In this document: piece after piece, positions 1 to 6,456 of the stretch
How positions within the stretch are numbered: position 1 is the first letter of the stretch
How the letters are laid out: every line of letters begins with the position of its first letter
Virus record (IMG/VR): IMGVR_UViG_3300036719_006047
Location: 64,001-128,000 of that record
DNA from: a virus
DNA length: 64,000 nt
Reading direction: 5' to 3' (one strand)
The notes under the pieces: generated by a model
Databases searched by the model: none
What the model was told of the DNA's origin: nothing
The model's input: the letters and a program-made list of their open reading frames with translations, nothing else
Position numbers and translations under genes: made by a program

Positions 1-7
1 CCAGCGG

Positions 8-712
8 GTGTTCTTCGGCCACACGGCCGAGGACACGACCCAGTACCTCTGGGTGTTCAAGGCGGGGGGCGCCATCGAGGCGTTCCCCGGGCGCGACCCG
101 AAGTCGCTGCCCTCGGTCGAGGGGGTCGAGGGCCGCATCCTCGTCCCCCTCACGACGGACAACTTCGGGGTCCAGCCCGGGGCGCGCGGCTCCACGCTCG
201 TGGCCACCGAGGCGGCCCGCGGCCGCCGCCGCGACGAGCTGCGCGGCCTCGGCACCCCCGCCCCCGCGCCCGCCCCCGCCCCCGTGACCGGCACCCCCGC
301 CGCGGGGCTCGCCTTCGGGGTGCCCCGCGCCCCCACCGCCGCCTCCACGAAGGTCGCCGCGCCGCCCCCGGCGCCCCCGGCGGTCAAGCCCGACGACCCC
401 CGCGCCGTCGGGCTCTACAAGGGCACGCTGACGATCTCCGCGGCCATCGAGGGGCTCACGTCCGCGGAAATCGTGGCCCTCACGGCCGCGGTGAGGGCGC
501 TCAAGGAGCGCCACGCGGCCGAGGAGGCGGCGATGGCCGCCGCCGTGGACGGGCTGAAGCAGCTCATGGGCGAGATCCCCGGCGTCGTGACGCCCGTCGC
601 GCCGTCCGCCCCCGTGGCTCCGTCCGCCTACGACGACGCCACCGCTGACGCCGACGCCGACGACGACATCGGCCTCGACGACGACGAGGCCCCCGTCGCC
701 GGCGTGGGGTAG
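8..712 (+). CDS. Hypothetical protein, Pro/Ala-rich with acidic C-terminus; probably 5'-truncated by the window edge
   Basis: Frame is open to the window edge; very high GC3; PAPAPA linker and Asp-rich tail. Confidence 0.75.
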   Translation: MFFGHTAEDTTQYLWVFKAGGAIEAFPGRDPKSLPSVEGVEGRILVPLTTDNFGVQPGARGSTLVATEAARGRRRDELRGLGTPAPAPAPAPVTGTPAAGLAFGVPRAPTAASTKVAAPPPAPPAVKPDDPRAVGLYKGTLTISAAIEGLTSAEIVALTAAVRALKERHAAEEAAMAAAVDGLKQLMGEIPGVVTPVAPSAPVAPSAYDDATADADADDDIGLDDDEAPVAGVG

Positions 713-718
713 CCCCCA

Positions 719-752
719 GGCAGGGGTGAGGGTTTAGGCCCTCGCCCCTGCC
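719..752 (+). other. 14-bp GC-rich hairpin after ORF1 (possible terminator or processing site)
   Basis: GGCAGGGGTGAGGG-TTTAGG-CCCTCGCCCCTGCC, one G.U pair; no U-tract follows. Confidence 0.55.
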
Positions 753-769
753 CGGTCCGTGACCGTCAC

Positions 770-939
770 GGGCCCGTGCTGACTTCACGCGAGATCGCGT
801 GAGGTCATCTCGGCCTCGTGGCCGTGCGCTCAAGCTCGTGGTGAGCGAGAGCACAACCCAGCGGAGTGTCTACGCGCCCGCGGACACTTCGCATCACGTA
901 CGTCACGTACGTGTTTGAGCGGGCATAGGAGCTACCATG
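770..939 (+). repeat. ~170-nt structured leader repeat, copy 1, ending in RBS + ATG
   Basis: Near-identical to 1298-1458 and 1844-2020; ends TTGAGCGGGCATAGGAGCTACCATG. Confidence 0.95.
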
Positions 940-1284
940 ACCTACACCGAAACCCTCGCGGAAAAGGCGGTTGAGGGCCTGGGCATCGGCTTTGGCGGGA
1001 CCTCGCAAGTCTCGCCCGACGTGCTCGGGCAGGCCCTCGCGGGCCAGATCAACAACGGGGGATGGGCGCTCATCGCGCCCGTCTCCCACTGGCAGGACGT
1101 CCTCTTCCGCGCGTGGGAGGGGGATGGGGATTACTGGGAGGACGACGATCGTGAGGCGGCGAAGGCCGCATTCGTGGCGGGGTTCGAGGCTACAATCCTC
1201 GCGCTGGGCCTCAGCCTCGAAGAAGTGTACGCGGCGCAACCGCCGCCTCCGGCCGAGCCCCCTCAGCCTGGGGATCATTGGTAG
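937..1284 (+). CDS. Hypothetical protein (cassette 1, behind leader repeat)
   Basis: AGGAG RBS, ATG, 115 aa. Confidence 0.8.
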   Translation: MTYTETLAEKAVEGLGIGFGGTSQVSPDVLGQALAGQINNGGWALIAPVSHWQDVLFRAWEGDGDYWEDDDREAAKAAFVAGFEATILALGLSLEEVYAAQPPPPAEPPQPGDHW

Positions 1285-1297
1285 GCGAGGGGCCTGC

Positions 1298-1458
1298 GGG
1301 CCCGTGCTGACTTCACGCGAGATCGCGTGAGGTCATCTCGGCCTCGTGGCCGTGCGCTCAAGCTCGTGGTGAGCGAGAGCACAACCGGAAGAAGTGTCTT
1401 TGCGCCCGCGGACACTTCGCATCACGTACGTGCTTGAGCGGGCATAGGAGCTACCATG
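1298..1458 (+). repeat. ~170-nt structured leader repeat, copy 2
   Basis: Direct repeat of 770-939; lacks one CACGTACGT unit. Confidence 0.95.
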
Positions 1459-1836
1459 ACCGACAAGCCACATCTGTGGCTGGTGGATCCAGCCATCACA
1501 GAGGAGGACCCGTGCGACGAGTCCTCTGAAGAGTCGGAGGAGGACTACGAGCAAGCAAACGAGCTTGCTCGGGGCATTTTCATGCACCTCACGGGTGCCC
1601 TGGGGCACGCCAAGTACGTGTCTCTGTCCCTGCTGGGTCGGGCAGTCGCGACTCGCGTGCTGCTGGGGGAGCAGCTTGCTCCTCGTCTCCTCGCGTTCGC
1701 GTGCGCGTTGAGGTGGCTGGAAGCCCGGCACGGGGAAAGCCCCGTCTCGGACGAGGACTACGCGTTCGCGTCCGACACATGTCGGGCGGCAATGGTCGTG
1801 TTCCTCGCGGAGCACGACGTCACCTCCAGAAGTTAG
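1456..1836 (+). CDS. Hypothetical protein (cassette 2)
   Basis: AGGAG RBS, ATG, 126 aa, acidic N-terminus. Confidence 0.8.
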   Translation: MTDKPHLWLVDPAITEEDPCDESSEESEEDYEQANELARGIFMHLTGALGHAKYVSLSLLGRAVATRVLLGEQLAPRLLAFACALRWLEARHGESPVSDEDYAFASDTCRAAMVVFLAEHDVTSRS

Positions 1837-1843
1837 GCCAGGG

Positions 1844-2020
1844 GGCCACGAGGCCGAGATGACTTCACGCGATCTCGCGTGAGGTCGTCTCGGCCTCGTC
1901 GCCGTGAGCTCAAGCTCGTGGTGAGCGAGAGCACAACCGGAAGAAGTGTCTACGCGCCCGCGGACACTTCGCATCACGTACGTCACGTACGTGTTTGAGC
2001 GGGCATAGGAGCTACACATG
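1844..2020 (+). repeat. Structured leader repeat, copy 3, with extended 29-bp hairpin and inverted loop
   Basis: GGCCACGAGGCCGAGATGACTTCACGCGA-TC-TCGCGTGAGGTCGTCTCGGCCTCGTCGCC, then the same downstream body as copies 1 and 2. Confidence 0.95.
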
Positions 2021-2932
2021 ACCGCGCTTTACACTGACCCCTACGCAGACCCCTACTCGTTCGCCAAGGCCGCCGGCTGGGAGGGGCAGATTGTGCCCTT
2101 CCCGGGCGAGGACCACTTCCGCACCGTCACGGTGCGGGACGAGACCGTGACGGTCCTCGTCGCTCTCGGGCTCGGGGGCTACTACGCCCCCGTGAACGAC
2201 AAGGGGCAGATCCTCGTCCGGCCCCCCCAGGTGGGGGACCTGCTCCACTACCTCCCCGACATCCTGGGCTGGATGGGCCAGCCCACCAAGCTGCGCCCGG
2301 AGGCGCTGCTGACCCCCGGCTGGGCCAAGACCTGGCCCGGCAAGTACACGGACCAGAACCTTCGGGAGGTCGAGGAGCGGCGGGCCGCCCGTGAGGCGAA
2401 GGCGGTGAAGCCGACCTCCGCGGCGTCGGCCCCCGCCGCCCCGTCCCCGGCCCAGGTCGGTCCGGTGAAGGCGAAGGTGAGCTTCGGCTCGCCGTCGCCT
2501 TCCTCCTCGTCGCCCGCGCTCGACAGCGACTCCGGGCCGTTCTCGGTCGAGGGAACCATCGACATGCACGACACCGGCGTCGTGCAGCCCTCGGTCGAGG
2601 CCACCGCGCCGCCGGCGCCCGCCGCCCCCGTGAAGGCGAAGGTGAGCTTCGGCTCGCCGTCGCCCTCCCCCTCGCCCTCCTCCCCGGCCGCCCCTCCTGT
2701 CCTCGACCCCATCGTGGACGAGAGCGGGCTGTGGTTCCTGCGCCGCGCGGAGATCACCTGGGACCAGTGGTTCCAGGAGGTCGTCGCCTTCGCGGAAGGC
2801 GAAGGCAACCCGTCGCTGATCGCGCACGGGCTCGCCGCGGGCCTGCCGCTCGTGCGGCCGACCGACCCGAACCGGGTCGATTTCCGCAAGAGCAAGTTCA
2901 CCGCCCCGCTCGGGCGGCCCCCGGGCTCGTAG
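2018..2932 (+). CDS. Hypothetical protein with disordered Pro/Ser/Ala middle and duplicated VKAKVSFGSPSP motif (cassette 3)
   Basis: AGGAG RBS, 304 aa; 35-nt internal repeat at ~2465 and ~2629. Confidence 0.8.
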   Translation: MTALYTDPYADPYSFAKAAGWEGQIVPFPGEDHFRTVTVRDETVTVLVALGLGGYYAPVNDKGQILVRPPQVGDLLHYLPDILGWMGQPTKLRPEALLTPGWAKTWPGKYTDQNLREVEERRAAREAKAVKPTSAASAPAAPSPAQVGPVKAKVSFGSPSPSSSSPALDSDSGPFSVEGTIDMHDTGVVQPSVEATAPPAPAAPVKAKVSFGSPSPSPSPSSPAAPPVLDPIVDESGLWFLRRAEITWDQWFQEVVAFAEGEGNPSLIAHGLAAGLPLVRPTDPNRVDFRKSKFTAPLGRPPGS

Positions 2933-2940
2933 TGACCTTG

Positions 2941-2980
2941 CCGACTGTCAATGCTTGAGCGATCGAGCATTGACAGTTGG
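2941..2980 (+). other. 18-bp hairpin overlapping the -35 box of the tRNA promoter
   Basis: CCGACTGTCAATGCTTGA-GCGA-TCGAGCATTGACAGTTGG, two G.U pairs. Confidence 0.7.
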
Positions 2981-2998
2981 CACAGCCCGCGATACCCT
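2970..2998 (+). promoter_or_regulatory. Sigma70-type promoter of the tRNA operon
   Basis: TTGACA (2970-2975), 17-nt spacer, TACCCT (2993-2998), 12 nt before the first tRNA. Confidence 0.7.
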
Positions 2999-3010
2999 GC
3001 GGGTACTTGA

Positions 3011-3084
<74 letters not shown>

Positions 3085-3096
3085 CTTCTTTGACAT

Positions 3097-3167
3097 TGGG
3101 GCGTAGTGTAATGGTAGCACAAGGGGTTTTGGCCCCCTTGGTCCGGGTTCGAGCCCTGGCGCCCCAG
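3097..3167 (+). tRNA. tRNA-Gln(UUG)
   Basis: Acceptor TGGGGCG/CGCCCCA; anticodon arm AGGGG-TTTTGGC-CCCCT. Confidence 0.9.
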
Positions 3168-3171
3168 TTTT

Positions 3172-3390
3172 CGTTGGTGCTCCAACGCCCCGTGTGCGCG
3201 GGGCTCCCCTTCGCGGGAAAAGGTGCTTGCTAACCACGCACACGGCGGCAAGAAGCTGGGCGGTCGCTGTCGGTCCGTTTCCAGGGTGGACGCCGTAACA
3301 CTGTCCCACGGTAGCGTGTGGGGCGGATCACGTGCGAACGAGGTCGCACGACGTTTGCCAGCCTTCCTCGTCCTTGCTGAAAAAGGCTGG
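3172..3390 (+). ncRNA. Candidate ~220-nt structured ncRNA with two potential kissing-loop pseudoknots
   Basis: At least 6 hairpins; loop TGTGCG (3193-3198) complements CGCACA (3237-3242); loop ACGAGG (3338-3343) complements CCTCGT (3366-3371). Confidence 0.6.
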
Positions 3391-3395
3391 AATTT

Positions 3396-3479
3396 GCGAG
3401 AGTGGTGGAATAGGTAGACGCGCCGGACTCAAAATCCGGTGACCGGAAGGTCGTGCGGGTTCGATTCCCGCCTCTCGCA
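3396..3479 (+). tRNA. tRNA-Leu(CAA)
   Basis: Long variable arm; CCGGA-CTCAAAA-TCCGG. Confidence 0.95.
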
Positions 3480-3483
3480 CTTC

Positions 3484-3556
3484 GCTGGCGTAGCTCAACT
3501 GGCAGAGCAGCGGTTTTGTAAACCGCAGGTTATCGGTTCAAGTCCGTTCGCCAGCT
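3484..3556 (+). tRNA. tRNA-Thr(UGU)
   Basis: GCGGT-TTTGTAA-ACCGC; acceptor GCTGGCG/CGCCAGC. Confidence 0.95.
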
Positions 3557-3563
3557 TCTTTTC

Positions 3564-3636
3564 GGGGACGTAGCTCAGTTGGGAGAGCACCTGCTTTGCA
3601 CGCAGGGGGTCACGGGTTCGAGTCCCGTCGTCTCCA
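3564..3636 (+). tRNA. tRNA-Ala(UGC)
   Basis: CCTGC-TTTGCAC-GCAGG; G3.U70 pair in acceptor GGGGACG/CGTCTCC. Confidence 0.95.
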
Positions 3637-3644
3637 TTTTGTTT

Positions 3645-3764
3645 GGCCCTCGCGGTGAGGGTAGGGCAGCGTAGCTCATGAAAGGCTTGACCATCGCCAT
3701 CTCCGTGGTTGGTCAGAAGCCCCTCCGAAGCCCTATCCGTTTGACCGTGAGCCCCGCGAGGGCC
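3645..3764 (+). ncRNA. Candidate ~120-nt rod-shaped ncRNA with internal bubbles
   Basis: Nested stems GGCCCTCGCGG/CCGCGAGGGCC, GGTAGGGC/GCCCTATC, GGCT/AGCC, TGACCA/TGGTCA. Confidence 0.6.
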
Positions 3765-3768
3765 TTTT

Positions 3769-3843
3769 GCCGACATAGCTCAGTGGTAGAGCAGGCGGCT
3801 GTTAACCGCCTTGTCGCAGGTTCGATCCCTGCTGTCGGCGCCA
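3769..3843 (+). tRNA. tRNA-Asn(GUU), CCA encoded
   Basis: GGCGG-CTGTTAA-CCGCC; ends GGCGCCA. Confidence 0.95.
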
Positions 3844-3848
3844 CTTCA

Positions 3849-3922
3849 GGGGCGGTAGCTCAGTCGGTCAGAGCACCCGGCTCATACCCGGTATGTCGTG
3901 GGTTCGAGCCCCACCCGCCCTA
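3849..3922 (+). tRNA. tRNA-Met(CAU), elongator type (Ile2 not excluded)
   Basis: CCGG-CTCATAC-CCGG; paired 1-72 position argues against initiator. Confidence 0.85.
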
Positions 3923-3928
3923 CAGTTT

Positions 3929-4012
3929 GCGAGAATGGTGGAACCGGTAGACGCGCTGGATTTAAAATCTGGTGACCGCAAGGTCGTGCGGGTTCGAGCC
4001 CCGCTTCTCGCA
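3929..4012 (+). tRNA. tRNA-Leu(UAA)
   Basis: CTGGA-TTTAAAA-TCTGG; long variable arm; close paralog of Leu(CAA). Confidence 0.95.
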
Positions 4013-4019
4013 CACATTC

Positions 4020-4092
<73 letters not shown>

Positions 4093-4119
4093 CACTTTAT
4101 TCGAGGCCAAGGAGGCCGC

Positions 4120-4638
4120 ATGATGTATGCAGGTATTGGGTCGCGGCACACCCCCGCAGAGATGTGCGCCTACATGGCGCAGCTCGCATCTTTCCTGGAG
4201 AGCAAGGGCCTCATCCTTCGCTCCGGCGGCGCTGCTGGCGCGGACCTTGCGTTCGAGGCCGGGGTCAAAGACCCCACAAAGAAGGTCGTTTACACGGCCC
4301 ACAGCCGTTTGTCTGCCGAGGACTGGAAGTACGGGTTCGATCACGTCTCGTGGTTCCACCCGGCTCCTGACAAGGTTCTCGGCAGCAAGTGGGGCCGAGT
4401 CATGGCGCGCAACACTTTCCAGGTGTTGGGCACTCCGTCCGAGCAAGCCGCAGGCCAGCCCCACAGCGCTTTTGTGGTCTGCTGGACGCCCGACGGGGCC
4501 GAGAAGGTCACCACCCGTGCTACCGGAGGCACGGGACAGGCGATCCGGATTGCCGCTCACTACGGTATTCCGGTGTTCAATCTCCGAGTTCACGATGCTG
4601 TCGATCGTCTCGACAGCTTTCTCGCCAGCCGTGCTTAG
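4120..4638 (+). CDS. SLOG-superfamily (DprA/YspA-like) phage protein
   Basis: YAGIGSR..TP, LRSGGAAGAD.AFE, VVCWTPDG, GGTGQAIR.A...IPVFNL motifs. Confidence 0.8.
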   Translation: MMYAGIGSRHTPAEMCAYMAQLASFLESKGLILRSGGAAGADLAFEAGVKDPTKKVVYTAHSRLSAEDWKYGFDHVSWFHPAPDKVLGSKWGRVMARNTFQVLGTPSEQAAGQPHSAFVVCWTPDGAEKVTTRATGGTGQAIRIAAHYGIPVFNLRVHDAVDRLDSFLASRA

Positions 4639-4647
4639 GAGGCACCC

Positions 4648-4893
4648 ATGAAGTATCCCATGAAGTATGTCGAGTTGACGCATGTCTTGAGTCAGGACGG
4701 TACCAAGTTCTACCACCCGATGTTGGTCCCCGTCGGGCAGTTCTCGGTCGTGGGGCCGCCCCCGGAGCAGGGTGGTTGTCTGATCATCCTCAACGGCTCG
4801 AACACGGGCCTCGTGATCGACGAGCCTTACGAGAAGGTCTGCGAGATCATCTCCTCGCTCTGCGACGTCACCCGTCTGCCCGGCGAGGAGTGA
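4648..4893 (+). CDS. Hypothetical protein
   Basis: GGAGG RBS, 81 aa. Confidence 0.75.
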   Translation: MKYPMKYVELTHVLSQDGTKFYHPMLVPVGQFSVVGPPPEQGGCLIILNGSNTGLVIDEPYEKVCEIISSLCDVTRLPGEE

Positions 4894-4896
4894 GCT

Positions 4897-5256
4897 ATGG
4901 TCGAGAAATACTCGAAGATCATGCAGGACCCCGCCTGGATTGCCTTCGCCTCCATGGCGGAGCGATTCAACCAGGTCGCGCTTCGACTGGAAAGCGGCAA
5001 GCCCTCCTCGATGGAGGTGTTCTCGACGCACCTCAACGAGGCGGTCGCGCCGCTGAAGATGGTCACTCCCAGCCCGAAGGTCGCGGCCATCTTCAAGAAG
5101 GCCGCCAATCGGGCCGCCGCCCAGTTGACGCTGGCCGCCCAGACCTACGGCATGGGTCCGTTCGGGGCCCAGCATCACTGGTGTGGAGCGATGCGTGCCG
5201 ACTTGCAGCGCCTCGCAACCGACCTCTACTTGCAGCTCGCGGTCGAGATCGAGTAG
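4897..5256 (+). CDS. Hypothetical protein
   Basis: 119 aa, tightly coupled, high GC3. Confidence 0.75.
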   Translation: MVEKYSKIMQDPAWIAFASMAERFNQVALRLESGKPSSMEVFSTHLNEAVAPLKMVTPSPKVAAIFKKAANRAAAQLTLAAQTYGMGPFGAQHHWCGAMRADLQRLATDLYLQLAVEIE

Positions 5257-5271
5257 AACATCGGTTTGTCT

Positions 5272-5309
5272 GACCCCGGGGTTCGCAGCCCCGGGGTTTC
5301 GTCGTTTTT
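5272..5309 (+). terminator. Intrinsic terminator
   Basis: ACCCCGGGGTT-CGC-AGCCCCGGGGT followed by TTCGTCGTTTTT. Confidence 0.7.
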
Positions 5310-5333
5310 GCACTTACTTTCGGCGAGGTAGTT

Positions 5334-5780
5334 GTGATCTTTCTGTTTCTCGCGGCGGCTGCGGGCGGTCACGGTATCGAACCCAGCCGTGATGATATTT
5401 CGTTCGTCTCGGTCGAAGGCTACCCGGTGGCGAAAACAGATTGCCCGCTGGACTTGCTTTTAGCGGCTGAGTACGCGGCTGAAGTTCTCGGGGTTCCCGA
5501 GAGACTGGCATCGACTATCGCCATCCACGAGAGCCGTTGCGACGAAAAAGCTCTTGGGGCTTTGGGTGAGGTCGGAGTAATGCAGATTCGCCCTGAGTTG
5601 TGGTTGGGCGACTTGTGCCGGGCAGGCATTGCTTGCTCGGAGGCAGAGTTGTGGGACGCCACCACGAATGTCGAGGCTGGCGTCTGGATACTTTCTCGCT
5701 TCCCGGGGTCTGCGTGGTCCCGTGCGAAGCGCTACAACGGCTCGGCGGCTTACGCCGATGCGATCAGGAGAAAGATGTGA
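5334..5780 (+). CDS. Lytic transglycosylase (SLT domain) with signal peptide
   Basis: IAIHESR (catalytic Glu), GEVGVMQI, NVEAGVWIL, YNG motifs. Confidence 0.85.
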   Translation: MIFLFLAAAAGGHGIEPSRDDISFVSVEGYPVAKTDCPLDLLLAAEYAAEVLGVPERLASTIAIHESRCDEKALGALGEVGVMQIRPELWLGDLCRAGIACSEAELWDATTNVEAGVWILSRFPGSAWSRAKRYNGSAAYADAIRRKM

Positions 5781-5839
5781 AGAGAAGGAAACATGTAGAC
5801 CACGCTGTCCGTGGTTTCGTGGTGGGGAAAGACCGCAGC

Positions 5840-6238
5840 ATGACTGACACAGAGCTGATGTCTTGCTTGACACAGTGCAGCCTCACCGAAGCTGTCTTCT
5901 TCTTCGAGGGGGGCGGCGACTCAGGTGACCTGTCGTCGGAAAACTACTTCTGTGACAATGGAGAAGTTTCGATCGAAGGGCTCTTTGTCGACATTCCCAA
6001 GGTAGATGTGCGGCCTTTGTACGGTCGCGACTTCACGCCTACCGAGGTCATCGTGTCGCTGCGGCAGAGCGCGATCGACGCCTTGAGCAGCATCGCGTGG
6101 GGGAAGGCCGACTCAGTGCCGTTCGACTGGGTCAACAACGAGGGGGGCTGGGTACGCGTCACCTTCTCAGTCGAGAACGGTACGCTTATCGACTGTGGAG
6201 AGAATGAAGTCGAGTATTCTGATGAGGAGGAAGAGTGA
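5840..6238 (+). CDS. DUF6878-like acidic protein
   Basis: FEGGGDSG and WVNNEGG motifs; start re-assigned to ATG 5840. Confidence 0.55.
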   Translation: MTDTELMSCLTQCSLTEAVFFFEGGGDSGDLSSENYFCDNGEVSIEGLFVDIPKVDVRPLYGRDFTPTEVIVSLRQSAIDALSSIAWGKADSVPFDWVNNEGGWVRVTFSVENGTLIDCGENEVEYSDEEEE

Positions 6239-6456
6239 ACTACCTGTTGTCTCTCCCGGCATTGCCGAGTTGGGTTCAATTCTACTGCGTGGGCGTCATT
6301 ATCACTGGGCGCCACACGGCGGTGAGGCGGGTGCTGAACAACCTGTCTCCCGCAGATCGTCGGGTCGTGCTCGCAGTCATCGAAGACTGCGTGAAACGTG
6401 ATCTCAACAAGGTTCCCTGTGTCGAGGGAGACTTCTTGCCTGCGGAGTGCAACTGA
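6235..6456 (+). CDS. Small membrane protein
   Basis: GTGA overlap; hydrophobic N-terminus; 73 aa. Confidence 0.65.
   Translation: MNYLLSLPALPSWVQFYCVGVIITGRHTAVRRVLNNLSPADRRVVLAVIEDCVKRDLNKVPCVEGDFLPAECN

Noticed and set aside
770-2020. Leader repeats as a CRISPR array or integron attC sites
   Set aside because: The units are ~170 nt separated by whole genes of 350-400 nt, not 25-45-nt repeats with spacers. There are no RYYYAAC/GTTRRRY boxes and no integrase in the window.
3177-3189. GTGCTCCAACGCC resembling a CRISPR repeat end
   Set aside because: A one-gap 12-mer match is expected by chance; it is antisense to the tRNA transcript and is part of another hairpin.
3172-3764. tmRNA, RNase P RNA or SRP RNA in the tRNA cluster
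   Set aside because: No tRNA-like tmRNA ends or tag reading frame, no GAGGAAAGTCC P4 motif and no SRP domain IV motif.
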